A stretch of 64,000 nt of DNA, taken from positions 192,264-256,263 of the forward strand of contig MU058716.1 in the NCBI GenBank assembly GCA_013265495.1, given 5' to 3'. Positions 25,990 to 38,094 of this stretch are shown piece after piece (the first letter of the stretch is position 1; every line of letters starts with the position of its first letter). The position numbers and the translations under genes are program-made. The notes beneath the pieces were generated by a model. It saw only the letters and a list, made by a program, of their open reading frames with translations, had not been told where the DNA came from and made no database searches. This stretch comes from Vicugna vicugna. Lineage: Eukaryota.

Positions 25990-26524
25990 TTTTTAAAATG
26001 TATGTTTATTGGTTTATTACAAAGGATACAGATGAACAAGCAGATGAAGAGAAACATAGGTCTGAAAGGGTCCCAAGTGCAGGAGCTTCTGTCCCTTGAG
26101 GTTGGGGTGTGCCACCCTCTCAGCACATGGATGTGTTCACCAACCTGGAAGCTCTCAGAATCGCGTAGTTTAGAGAGTGTTATGGAGGCTGCATCATGTA
26201 GATAAACTCCAGCCCCCTTCCTTCCCCCGAAGCCAAAAGTTCCAAGCTTCTAATCATGGCTTGGTCTTTCTGGTGACCGGCCTTCATCCTGACACCACCC
26301 AGGAGGCCACCAAGAGTCAGCTCATTAGAACAAAAGATGCTCCTATCACTCAGGAAATTCCAAGGGACTGAGGGGCTCTGTATCAGGGACTGAAGCCAAA
26401 GACAAAGCATTAGAACAAAAGATACTCCCAGCATCCTTAACGCTTAGCACATCACAAGGGTCTTAGGAGCTCTGTGTCAGGAACCCGGTGCAGTGACCAA
26501 GTACGTACTTCTTATTATGTCACA
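25990..26524. mobile_element. MER21-like LTR
   Basis: aaaggatacagatgaac...gggtcccaagtgcaggagcttctgtccc...aagcttctaatcatggcttggtctttctggtgacc...ttattatgtcaca. Confidence 0.75.
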
Positions 26525-27050
26525 GTTAGCCATCCTGTAGGCATACAGAGGAATCTCGCTGTTGTTTTTATTTGCATTTCCCCAATGACTGAGGGTGCCG
26601 AGTACGTGTTCATGTGCTCATTTGCCCTCTCTATATCTTTGGTGAAATGTCTTTGCCTGTTTTTTAATTGGTTTTTAAATTTTCTTACTATTGACTTTGG
26701 AGAATTATTTACACATTCTGGATAAAAGTCCTTACTATATATGTGTTTTGCAAGTATTTTCTCCATATCTCAGCTTGTCTCATTATCCTAATATACAGCT
26801 TTTGAAGAAGTTTTTAACTTCTATGAAATCCAGTCTATCAAAGTTATTTTATGTTTTCTATTGAGGGGGGCAATTAGGCTTATTTATTTATGTTTAGAGG
26901 AGGTCCTGGGGATGGAACCCAGGACCTCGTGCATGCTAAGCATGTGCTCTACCACTTGAGCTATACCCTCCCCCCAATTTGTTATGTTATGGATCAAGAC
27001 TTTGGTGTCATACCTAAGAAATCTTTTCCTAAAGAATAAAGAGTTTTCTC
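26525..27050 (-). mobile_element. Old L1M fragment interrupted by a SINE
   Basis: tttgcatttccccaatgact...ttcatgtgctcatttgcc...tttggtgtcatacctaagaaatc. ORF-track peptide MEKILAKHIYSKD... resembles L1 ORF2. Confidence 0.75.
26863..26975 (-). mobile_element. Vic-1-type tRNA-derived SINE
   Basis: Reverse complement GGGGAGGGTATAGCTCAAGTGGTAGAGCACATGCTTAGCATGCACGAGGTCCTGGGTTCCATCCCC with A and B boxes, plus a tail containing cctaatt. Confidence 0.88.
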
Positions 27051-28346
27051 ATGAAATACCCCTCTTCCCAAGTCCTAAGCTCACCCGGAGCAGCACAAAC
27101 CCACATCTAGGCTTTTCTCTCTTTCTCTCAGGTGGACATTACTAGCCAAGGCAGCTGACAGTCCCAAGGAATACATACAGGCACCAGGGGAGAACTTACA
27201 AAACCTCTGACAGCAAGATAACGATTCAGGTAAACCACTCGTAGAACTGCTGTATCAGAGAAAGGCAAACTGGTGGGATCAGACAGAATAAGAATTTCAA
27301 ATGCACTTACTAAAAACCTTCAGACAAAGAAGGAAAAGTGTTGGAAACAATGCAAAAATACATATTTTTGAGTTGGATATTGGGTATGAGTAATATTAAT
27401 GGAATAAAGAACTCAGTGGATGAGTTGAATAACAGAACAACATAGCTGGAGAGTTACCTCATGCTTTATTCTCCATGGTGGCTCAGATATTTTTGTTAAA
27501 TGTATAATGTAATCAGTCATCTAACTAGATGCTCTTTGGATCACAAAACAAATACATCAAGAATGAACAAATGGATCTCAATGGTCAATTGTTAGTGGCT
27601 CTCTGGCCAAGGGAGCTGAGATCCCATTGCACTGAGATCTACATGAGCATCAGACCTCCACAGGTAAGAGCACATCTGGCGATGACTGCTAATCATAACT
27701 GTGAATGCAGTGACACTAATGTCACCCTCTTGCCTCAGAGGCAGATTCACATTTCATAGTGAAGTTAGGGGCAGTGGTGATGGTCAACTTCAACATTGCT
27801 CCTCCACCCATTGATTCAACAGTAATTATTAGGACTGACCGTGTCTCAAGCACTGTACCACATGTAAGGATACGATGGTGCAAGATATACGTGGTCCCCA
27901 CCCAGAAAAGTGGAGGAGACAGACATTAAGTAAACAATCATGCAAATAATTACTTGATGACACTTGTGATCAAGGACATGAAACAGGAACTCAATCAAGT
28001 CTAAGCAGCAGGTTGGTTCTGAACAAGAAGCTTTCAGCTGAACCCTGAAGGATGGGAAGGAGTTATCTTGGAGGAGAGTCAGTACAGAATTGTTCTGGGC
28101 AAAGGACGCCTGTGGAAAGGCTCTGCAAATGAAGGCGTCTGGGGTCTGAGGCAGCGCAGGAGGACTGACATGGCTGGAGCATAGAGTACACACAGGAGAG
28201 GGAGCGCCTCCAAGGCCAGAAGGCAAGGCAGAGGCAGAGTACTGAGTCTCCTTTAACTGCTATTGAGACTCTGAAGGTCCTAAGGTTAACTCGTCCATGC
28301 TAACCAGATTCACATGAGGCCCATTGCCAGTCAAGAAACCAGCTTA

Positions 28347-28485
28347 GAGGGAGGGTATCGCTCAGTGGTAGAGCACATGCTTAACATGCACAAGGACCTG
28401 GGTTCAGTCCCCGGTACCTCCTTTAAAAATAAATAAAGATAAACCTAATTACCTCCTCCCCCCCCAAAAAAATATGAAAACAAAA
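28347..28485 (+). mobile_element. Vic-1-type tRNA-derived SINE
   Basis: GGGAGGGTATCGCTCAGTGGTAGAGCACATGC...GGGTTCAGTCCCCGGTACCTCC, followed by aaataaataaa-acctaattacctcc and an A tail. Confidence 0.88.
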
Positions 28486-30092
28486 TCAATTTAATAATTG
28501 ATTCCAAAGCTTACTTCCAAAATCAAGGACATTAGATTGTGCAGCAGGAATATGGAACTAGAGGCAAACATGTCTGTCATGGAAATACACATACCCATGT
28601 GGCCCAGTAATTTCCCACTTACTCAAATCATTCGTTCATGCAATCAACAGTCATTGAGTGTCCCATTGGTCATGTCTCAGCCTTCTTATATCTTCCCTGC
28701 TGTTTTGCACATAGTCATTGCTCGGTAGCTTTTCAGTCTAGTGTTGGCAGATTTTCCCCGTGGCTCTCTCGTATTTCTGTTCATCTTGCAGACAGCAGCA
28801 CTGACTACTTTTGCTCCAGACCACATTTTCAAGGATGCTGAACAGCAAACAGGCTATTACAAAGCAGCTGATTGTTAAAGATTTGAGATTCCTGAGCTCA
28901 GGGTTCCTCAGATATAACACAGATCCGCCATGGACTCAACAGTCACCTGGGCTGCTTCATGTCACCCCTGTGGCACTCGCTGGGGGACACGGGAAACCAG
29001 TGTGAATGTGAAGCCCATGCTTCCCGCTGTGACGTACGTAACAAAGTCTTTGTCTTGGATCCGAGAGTTTCCTGTCTTCTGCCCACATCCATGAAACAGC
29101 GGCGACTTGTATGCTTCCAAGTAGTATAAATTCTCAGACCCTTCACAGAGCCTGACGTCTAGTCAGGGTGATCTATATGTGAGTAGATATGTTACAGAAT
29201 GAAAGGGAGGGTGTTCATGCAGAAGTACGACTGTCAATACTAGCTCAGCTCGATGGTAGGGTTAGGATGGTTGGGAGAACAGGGTCTTGGAGGAGGAATA
29301 CAACTTCCACAGACGAGAGTCCTGAGAGAGGGACAATGTACACAAATGCAAAGAATCACTAAGGGACCTGATTCTTCTAGAAACAGAGAAAATTTTAGTT
29401 TAGTAACAGGATAAGTTGGGTGGGTAGCAGGAGATAATATTGGAAAGTATCCGCCCATTAGATGGGGAATATGTCCAACACTATCAAACGTAACTGTAAT
29501 TGCACTCTTTTCTGACCTTATGTTCAAGACCAAATTCATACTCAGGAACGTAAACCTGCATCTTTGAGCAAACTTCACTGGACTGGTTTCAAATTCAAGT
29601 ACTGTTATTCTCTAATAAATGAGACTTTAAATGTATAAGTATGCTTGCTTTTTTGAAACCTTGTAAGACATATTAAACACACAAGTAATGGATTTTTGGA
29701 CTTTTGTTTGTAAGTCTCTTACATAAAATTTATTGGATACTTCTCACATTTCAAAATGTTTGAAAATATGTCTATTCTAAAACCAAGTGCTATGGCTATA
29801 GTTGGTTTTCTTTTCAAATATCATTCATCGTCTTCACAATTTATCCTTTTCCAACACAGACAGGTAAAGCCTATAGATGGAACTGTGAAATGTGTGACCT
29901 GGACATAAACTTGGGACTCTTCCAGTCTAGTATCCTCTGTGTGCTGGACTTAATCATTCTACCACAAAAGGTGAAAAATAATGTTCTTAATTATAAAAAG
30001 CATTGGACTACTAGGCATAATATTTCAATTTTCAGTTTTTATTCCCATAAATTTTTACACAATTTGTGCTTTCAATTTTTAAAAATAGAATT

Positions 30093-32920
30093 GAGGAGGT
30101 GGTTCATCATGGCGGTGTAGGAAGATCCCTAACTCACCTCCTCCCACAGACACACCAAATCCCCAGCTGCATATGGAACCATTCCCTCTGAAAAAGATCT
30201 GAAAACTAGCTGAACTGGTCCTGTACAACAAAGGATGAAAGGGCTACACTGAGATGGGCAGCAGAGGCAGAGATGAGGTCCCACCAAAAACTCCATCTCC
30301 AGCGTGGTGACCCATAATTTGGAGAGATCTCACAAACATGAAGCTTCCACCTAAGGAGCGAGGGGTTCCCATGCCATATCAGGCACCACAGCCCTTGGGA
30401 CTAGTACCAGAGAGACGAGCCCCCAGAACGCTGGGTGTTGAAAATCAGTGGGGCTTACCTCCAGGCTGTAGGGAACTGAGACTCGACTCTTAACGGATCA
30501 AGTGCATTCTCACTCACCTCAGGACCCAGTGCAAAAGCAGCAATTTGAAAAGTACCTAGACCCTATGTGCAGGAGATTCATTTGCTTGTCATAATCATCT
30601 ACCAGCGGGACAAAGGCCTGTTGGGACTTTCTCTGGAGACAGAGATGCCAGTGAGCACCATTTTTGCCCTCTCACTCTACCTTACTAGCATTTGCTTACA
30701 TACTGATAAAGGGGTCAATCCGACAAGAAGAGATTACGTGTATAATATTTATGTACCCAATATAGAAGCACCTAAATATATAAAGCAAATATTAACAGAC
30801 CCAAATGGAAAAATAGACAGCAACAATTATAATAGGGGACTTTAATACCCAACTTACATCAATGAATAGATCATCCAAACAGAAAGTAATAAGGAAACGT
30901 GAGACTGGATGAGCTTAACAGATATATACAAACTTCCACCCAAAAGCAACAATACACATTCTTCTTAAAAGCACATGAAACATTCTCCAGGATACATTAT
31001 ATATTAGGCCACAAAGCAAGTCTCAGTAAAATTAAGAAGAATGAAGTCATATCAAGCATCTTTTCTGACCACATGGTGTAAATGAGAAGTAAATTGCAAG
31101 AAAAAAGCTAGAAAAATCACAAACATATATAGAGATTAAACAATATGCTACTGAACAACCAGTGAGCCAATGAAGAAATTACAGAGGAAATTTAAAAAAT
31201 ACCTTGAGACAAATGAAAATGGAAATACAACATACCAGAACTTATGGGATGCAGCAAAAGCATGAGAAAGAAGTTCACAGCAACAAGCTTACCTCAATTT
31301 TAAATAAACAATCTAACTTTACACCTAAAGTAACTAGGCAAAAAAAGGAGGCCCCAAATTAATAGAAGGAGTAAAATCATAAAGATCATAGTGGAAGTAA
31401 GTGAAATAAAGATCTAAAAGACAATAAAAAAGATTGATGAAACTAAACGCTGGTTTCTTAGAAAAGACAAAGTTGACAAACCTATAGCTAGATTCACTAA
31501 AGAAAAAAGAGAGAAGGACAAACAAATAAAATCAGAAAAGAAAGAGAAGTTACAACTGACATCAAAGAAACTCGAAGGACATTAAGACTACTAGGAACTG
31601 CTTTACATCAACAAATCGAGTAACTTAGAAGAAATGAATAAATTTCTAGCAATGTACAATGTTCAAAGACTGAATCTGGAAGAAATAGAACAAGTTGATC
31701 AGTAATGAAATTGAATCAATAATTTAAAAACTCCAAACAAACAGATCCAGGACCAGAGAGCTTCACTGGTGAATTCCACCAAACATGCAAAGATACCTAT
31801 GGTTTTCAAACTCTTGCAAAAAATTGAATAAGAGTGAATGATTCCAAATTCATTTTACCAGGCCAGCATTACCCTTATAACCAAAATAAGACAAGAACAA
31901 TATAAAAAAAATTACAGGCCAATATCCCTGATGAATTTAGATGCCAAAGTCCTCAACAAAACATTAGCATACCGATTTCAGGAATGCATCAAAAAGATCA
32001 TACACCATGATCAAGTGATATTTATTCCAGGGATGCAAGGATGGTTCAGTACCCACAATTCAAGCAATGTGATATACCACATTCACAAAATGAAGGAGAA
32101 TAATCATATGATATCCTCAATAGATGCATGAAAAGCATTTGACAAAATTCAACATTCACTTATGATAAAAACTCTCAACTCTCAGTGCATAAAGGGACTG
32201 TACCTCAACATAATAAAGGTCATAGATGACAAGCCCACAGCTAACATTATACTCAGGGGTGAAAAGCTGAAAACTTAACCCCTAAGATCAGGAATAAGAC
32301 AAGGATGCCCACTCGTCACTTTTATTCAACAGTATTGGAAGTTCTAGACAGAACAATTAGGCAAAAAAAAAGAAAAAAAAAACAAGAAAAGAAAAGCCAT
32401 CCAAATTGGAAAGGGAGATGTATAACTGTCACTATTTTCAGACTATGATTTTATGTACAGAAAACCCTAAAGACTCCACTTAAAAACTGTTAGAACTAAT
32501 AAGCTAATTCAGTAAATTTGCAGATACAAAATCAATATACAAAAATCTGTTGCATTTTTTATACTAACAATGAACTATTTGAAGGAGAAGTTAAGAAAAC
32601 AATCCCATTTACAACTGCATCAAAAAGAATAAATATCTAGAAATAAATTTAACCAAGGAGGTGAAAGATCTGTACACTGACAACTATAAGACATTGATGA
32701 AAGAAGTTAAAGAAGACACAAATAAATGGAAAGGAATTCTACATTCATGGATTGGAAGAATGAATTTTGTTAAAATGTTCATACTACCCAAAGCAATCTA
32801 TAGATTCAATGCAATCCCTGTCAAAATTTCAATGGCATTTTTCATGGCATGGTGATTACAGTTAACAATACTGTATTACATATTGAAAGATGCTAAGATA
32901 GTAGATATTAAATACTCTCT
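30093..32920 (+). mobile_element. Degenerate L1: 5'UTR, partial ORF2 (endonuclease/RT) and a 3'UTR piece, with internal deletions
   Basis: ORF2 peptides [50 protein letters not shown] and [25 protein letters not shown], with stops and frameshifts. Confidence 0.92.
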
Positions 32921-33389
32921 GGCATTACAGTTCCTGGGTGGATCAGGGTTTGTTTCACTCTAGTGGCACATATTTTTAATATGATATAACAGTTGAGAAA
33001 AATGTCATCTCTCTTTCTTTGACATATCATGTTATTTGCTGTAACCCATTACTCAGATTCACTCTGTCTTCCCAATCCTGGGGAATCACTTTCCAAATGC
33101 ACTGTATTTCTTTAAAATGAGCTCTCTTTTGACATAGCTTTGATCTTGTTAAATTGCTTGGCTGAGTACGGCTGCAAAGAAATATAGAGGATTCATAGGT
33201 AATTTTTAATTTAAAAGAGAATGATTTTTTTTAAATAGCTTTGAACCAGAATTGTCTAGGAGAGGCATAGATTAAAAAAACTTTGCAATTGGTTCCACCT
33301 TCCTGTACGGAAAAATCTCACGGGACCCTAGCTTTGCTGATTAGAGATTTTGTACTTTTTCTTTTTTTTAAGTGTACAAGTAGTGAGGT

Positions 33390-34445
33390 TTTAAAAAATG
33401 AGTAGACTTTATTTTTTAGAATAGTTTTAGATTTACACAGACACTGAGCAGTAGAGAGCTCCCATATCCCCTCTCTCCCCATCCCCAGTTTTCCCTGTTG
33501 GCGTCTTATATTGAGATAGTGCATTTGTTACTATTAATGAATGTATTTTGATGTATTGTTATTAACTATAACCCATACAATTCAAATTTCCTTAGTTTTT
33601 ACCTAATGTCCTTTTTCTGTTCCAGGATTCTCTATAGGAACCCCTATTACATTCAGCAGTCATGTCTCCTCTTGGCTGGGATAGTTCCTCAGACTTACCT
33701 TGTTTTGTTGTTTGTGTCTTTGTGTTTTTTTTTTTCTTCCAGATTTATGGAGATAAGGCTTATCTTGGTGTCAATGACCTTGACAGTTCTGAGGACGACT
33801 GGCCGGGTATCTTGTACAATGCCCCTCTCCTGGCATTTTCCTCATGATTAGACTGGAACTGGGGGTGGGGAGGAAGATCACAGATGTAAATACCCTTCTC
33901 CTCTCAGGGCTTCAAGGGGACACACTGCCAGCAGCACGTCGTCATTGCTCATGTCGACCTTCATCACCTGGCTGAGAGGACCTGTGCCGGGTTTCTCCAC
34001 TGTAGAGAACTTAAATTCCCTTTCTCTGTTGTATTCTTTAGAAGGAAGTCGCCTTTCCCAGTCTATACTTAGGGAGGGGGGAGTTATGCTCCCCTTCCTT
34101 CAGCTGGAATACCTACAGAATTGATTCAGGACTCTCCCGCAGGAGGCCGTTTCCTCTCCCCGAGGTAATGCCTCATTCATTAATTTCTGTATCTCAGGGT
34201 GGGCCCATGGTATCACTTGGTCCAAGGGGCTGTAATCCACGGCTCCAGTATTTTCTTGCCCACACTATTCTAGCTTTGGCTGATGGGAGCTTCAGTGGGC
34301 TCCAGTGCCCTCTGACAGGCTCCTACCAACATGGATTTTTTTCTCTGAGCACTTCCTTACTTCCTTACACCAAGATGTTCCAGCTCATCTTGCATTTCCT
34401 GCTGCAGCCCTCCAGCCAGATATGTCTCCACAGAGGAGCCTTGTC
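33390..34445 (-). mobile_element. Old L1MC/L1MB-type 3' region
   Basis: gactttattttttagaatagttttagatttaca...gcatttgttac...ttccagctcatcttgcatttcct. Confidence 0.7.
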
Positions 34446-34759
34446 TTTTTATAAGCACAAAACAGCTCCTTACTCAGCTACTCCAAACATGAAAACTGTT
34501 CTTCAACATCTTTTTCTTTTTTAGTTTACTAGAAACAAAAGATGGAAAGGTGTTTTATTTATAAATGATATAACCACGAAATGCGAATCTCCAGTAAACG
34601 TTTAAGAAAAGATGATTCAGATTTAGATACATATGAGTACACATAGGCCTCTCCCATTTTGTAGCCTGGAGGAACACAATTTAAGTGCTACTTGAATTTG
34701 TATCTCCTGGGCTATGATCCTCAGTTTGGCTGGTAAAAACTCTTTTCCTTTTTAAATTT

Positions 34760-34904
34760 GCTTTAAAAAATTAAAAAAAATTTTTAGAAGGGGAAGTAAT
34801 TAGGTTTGTTTATTCACTTACTTTTAATGGAGGTACTGGGGATTGAACCCAGGACCTCACACATGCTAAGCATGCACCCTACTACCTGAGCTATACCCTC
34901 CCCC
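34760..34904 (-). mobile_element. Vic-1-type tRNA-derived SINE
   Basis: gtaattaggttt...ggaggtactggggattgaacccaggacctcacacatgctaagcatgc...gagctataccctcccc. Confidence 0.88.
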
Positions 34905-34930
34905 ACTAAAACTTTCTACACCTATTATAG

Positions 34931-35104
34931 ATTTTTTTTAAATTGAAGTATAGTCTATTTACAATGTTATGTTAATTTCTGGCGTCCGGCATAGTGATTC
35001 ATTTATACACATATATATTCCTTTTCATATTCTTTTTCATTATGTCATTAGAAGGCATTGAATATAGTTCCCTGTGCTGTATAGTAGGACCTTGTTGTTT
35101 ATCT
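34931..35104 (-). mobile_element. L1 3' fragment
   Basis: Poly-T then aattgaagtatagtc...gaatatagttccctgtgctgtatagtaggaccttgttg, flanked by tatagattttt / tatagtttttt. Confidence 0.85.
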
Positions 35105-36207
35105 ATAGTTTTTTATTGATTATTTCCGTTGACAGTGTTGACAAAAATTTTCCAAATTCCACTTGAAAGCTAATTTTTACCATTGGCAACAAACACTCTC
35201 AGTTGCTTTGCTTGAAGCGTCCAGCTCACTTTATTCATTTTGGGGAAGTGTGTCTCACTTCCCAAGTTAGAGTAACGTTGGTTTTTGTGTCAGTTGTCCT
35301 TTCGAGGAAGAATGTCCTCCGTGAAAAGCAGCTAGTTCCCTTTGCCTCTGAGCCACTGAAGCAAGTGTCTTCCCTCAGGGGGACAGTGCCGCTTCGGTGC
35401 ACAGCAAGAGGGCACGCGTGCCTTCCGCAACTCACAGCGTTACAAAGAGTGTGCTCGGGTTGCAGTTAGAACATTATTTTTTTTTACCATTTTATCAAGG
35501 ATATTTCTAAATTAAACTAAAAAAGAAACTGGGAGTGTGTGGCAGAGATGACAGACGAGTGGGGTCGTTTCGTGCCACCCTCTGGACTCCTGCTGGGGTG
35601 ACGTCAGCAGTGCTGGGTGAACCCAGAATGAAACACAAAGAACGTGTCGTTTACGATGGAGAGTGTCTTCAGCCTTGAGAGCCCTGAAAAGGTCTTGGAG
35701 ACTTTCAGAGGCCTGGAGAATCACACTTTGAGAGTTACTGAATTAGAAGGCGGAGACGTGTGAGAAAACAGGTCACATAACGGACACTGAATTCAGCATA
35801 CAACGACTTTCCTAAAGTAAGGAGAGCAGACTTTCAGTGCCCGGAGGGGCAGATGCGAACAGGAGACCGACTGGTGGGACTTACCAGGTCGGAAGTCAGG
35901 ATTTTAAGCGGGCCTTGGAGGACTGGTCCAAATAGTTGGAAGAAAAGAGTGCTGGGAGGCAAGGTCTTGCTCGGTCCGCACGCAGCAGACCGCACTTGAC
36001 TTCTGCGATCTGGCGGCTGGGTAAGGCCCCGGCGCGCGTCCGCACTTCTGTGAGCACCACGTTGGAGGCTGCAGGTGCGGAGGCCCCGGACGGACAGGCG
36101 CGGCGGGGCCGGCCTGGACTGAGCACGCACACTGTGTCCCGCGGCGTCTGCCGATAAAACCCGCTGCAAAGGGCTGGGTCCGAGGAAGAGTCGTTCTGAT
36201 AGTACAT

Positions 36208-36352
36208 CTTTTTTTTTTATTTAAATTTTTTTTACCTTTATTTAAGTATCGTCAGTTACAATGTGGCAGTTTCTGGCGTCCCGCACCATGTCCCAGTCAC
36301 GCATATACAGACACGTATTCGTTTCCATATTTCAGTTTTGCTATTACCTCTA
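36208..36352 (-). mobile_element. L1 3' fragment inside the CUL2 CpG island
   Basis: Poly-T followed by sequence that aligns without gaps to the L1 piece at 63209-63283. ATCTTT on both flanks. Confidence 0.85.
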
Positions 36353-36527
36353 GATCTTTGAAAAGCCATGAAGTGGGGGGCGAGGTCTCGGAACGCTCAC
36401 GCAGGGCTGCCGGAACGCAGAGGAACGAGCTCGCGTGGAAACCTGCTTCTGCCACTCTTTTCAGCAGCCCCGGGCTTGGACCCCGCCTCCCTACCCCGAC
36501 ACGCCGGCTCCCGCCCCCCGCACCAGC

Positions 36528-36856
36528 NNNNNNNNNNNNNNNNNNNNNNNNNNNNNNNNNNNNNNNNNNNNNNNNNNNNNNNNNNNNNNNNNNNNNNNNN
36601 NNNNNNNNNNNNNNNNNNNNNNNNNNNNNNNNNNNNNNNNNNNNNNNNNNNNNNNNNNNNNNNNNNNNNNNNNNNNNNNNNNNNNNNNNNNNNNNNNNNN
36701 NNNNNNNNNNNNNNNNNNNNNNNNNNNNNNNNNNNNNNNNNNNNNNNNNNNNNNNNNNNNNNNNNNNNNNNNNNNNNNNNNNNNNNNNNNNNNNNNNNNN
36801 NNNNNNNNNNNNNNNNNNNNNNNNNNNNNNNNNNNNNNNNNNNNNNNNNNNNNNNN
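36528..36856. other. Assembly gap (329 N)
   Basis: Run of N in the CpG-island core. Confidence 1.
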
Positions 36857-36941
36857 CCCTCCCCGCCGGCTCGGTCCTGCGCGCCCGCGGGCCGCCCACG
36901 CCCCGGCCCCGGCCCCTGCCCCCGCCCCGCCTCCGCAGCAG
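36857..36941 (+). other. CUL2: Putative CUL2 non-coding exon 1, 3' part (start hidden in the gap)
   Basis: Donor CAG|gtaacc (GT at 36942-36943) in the island. A second candidate donor AAG|gtgcga lies near 37185. Confidence 0.55.
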
Positions 36942-38094
36942 GTAACCCGCGGGGGCCCGGAGCGGCCGCGGGCCCCGGGGGTCCTTCGTCCCGCTGGTGG
37001 GTGGCGGGGCCGGGCGGGGAGAGGGGCTGGGGGCGCGGAGGGGGAGGGGAGGCAGAGGCCGGTGAGGCCGGGGTGTCCGGCCGGGGGAGCGGGCCCCGCG
37101 CCGGCCCGGCCCTGCGGCCGTCCCCTGAGCCCCTGGCCGGCCTCGGCTGCCCTCCCTCGGCCCCATTTTCTTGCCGGGGGGAAGGTGCGAGTGCGTGTTC
37201 TCCGCTTATTTACGCGCTCACGCGGGCGCACGGCTCCGCGCGGTGGGGCGTCCGCCCCTAGCGTCCTGGCCGCGGCGTTTTCACTTTTGTTTCCGCAGAC
37301 GGCGACGGCCGGTGGCTCCGGGGAGCGTCCTGCGTGCGGGCCCGCCTGTCTCAGCGCGGGGGCCGGTGGAGTGGGAGCCTCCGGGGCCCTCCGGAGCGCC
37401 GGCTCCGTGCCGGGAGCCCGGGCCCGCGAGCGTGCGGGCGCACGGACGTCCGCGGGGCGCACTGTTGTTGGGTTAGGTCCTCTCCCTTCCCCGGCACAGC
37501 TGTTCCCCGCTGAAGGACAGTGCCTTGCAAGTTTAAATTCTGAAGGTAACAAGAAAAAACTATTAACATTCGCTACAGGTTCTTTGGTTTCACAGGATAG
37601 AAATGTTTGAACGAGACCTGTCCCAAATCTACACGCGTAGTGAAATGTGGGCAGTGTTCACTCAGTTCGGATTTCCTACTGACCGCGTAATAGGCGTCCG
37701 AAAACACTCCTCCTCACAGCCTCACATTCTTTTCCAAGACAGACAGTTGAACACATTGGTCGTGTTCTGCTTCTTTTACCTAAATGCACTGTTTGGGAGA
37801 CCCTTCCAAGAGAGTCAGAGATGAAATAGCTGATGTACAAAGCGTTTCGAGTTACTCTTTTTTTCTTTTTTTTTTCAGGTGCTGTTTGTAAGTTGGGGGA
37901 ACATCTCTGTAGTGTGCGCGCACGGAGTTTGAAAAATACCTTTTCTCGCCTACATCTGAAATGCTTTCTTCACTCTCCACTCTGTGTTGCTTTTTCATTG
38001 TTTTAGGGGTGAAGATAATTTAGTCCTGTCTTTTATCTTCACCAGCCTGTCACTGAGTTAAATGTCGTGGCCCTTCTTTAAGTCACTTTTGCTT

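Larger units (their letters stand above)
35840..37520. promoter_or_regulatory. CpG island and CUL2 promoter
   Basis: Very high GC and CpG density with multiple CCCGCC boxes. It is the nearest large island upstream of the CUL2 first coding exon. Confidence 0.88.

Noticed and set aside
28347..28420. tRNA-Ala-like sequences (also near 26900, 34830 and 61460)
   Set aside because: They are SINE heads: no paired acceptor stem, shared non-tRNA tail, divergent copies, and a TSD in one case.
36297..37610. ORFs of 195-391 aa on both strands
   Set aside because: Same CpG-island artefact, read through 329 N.
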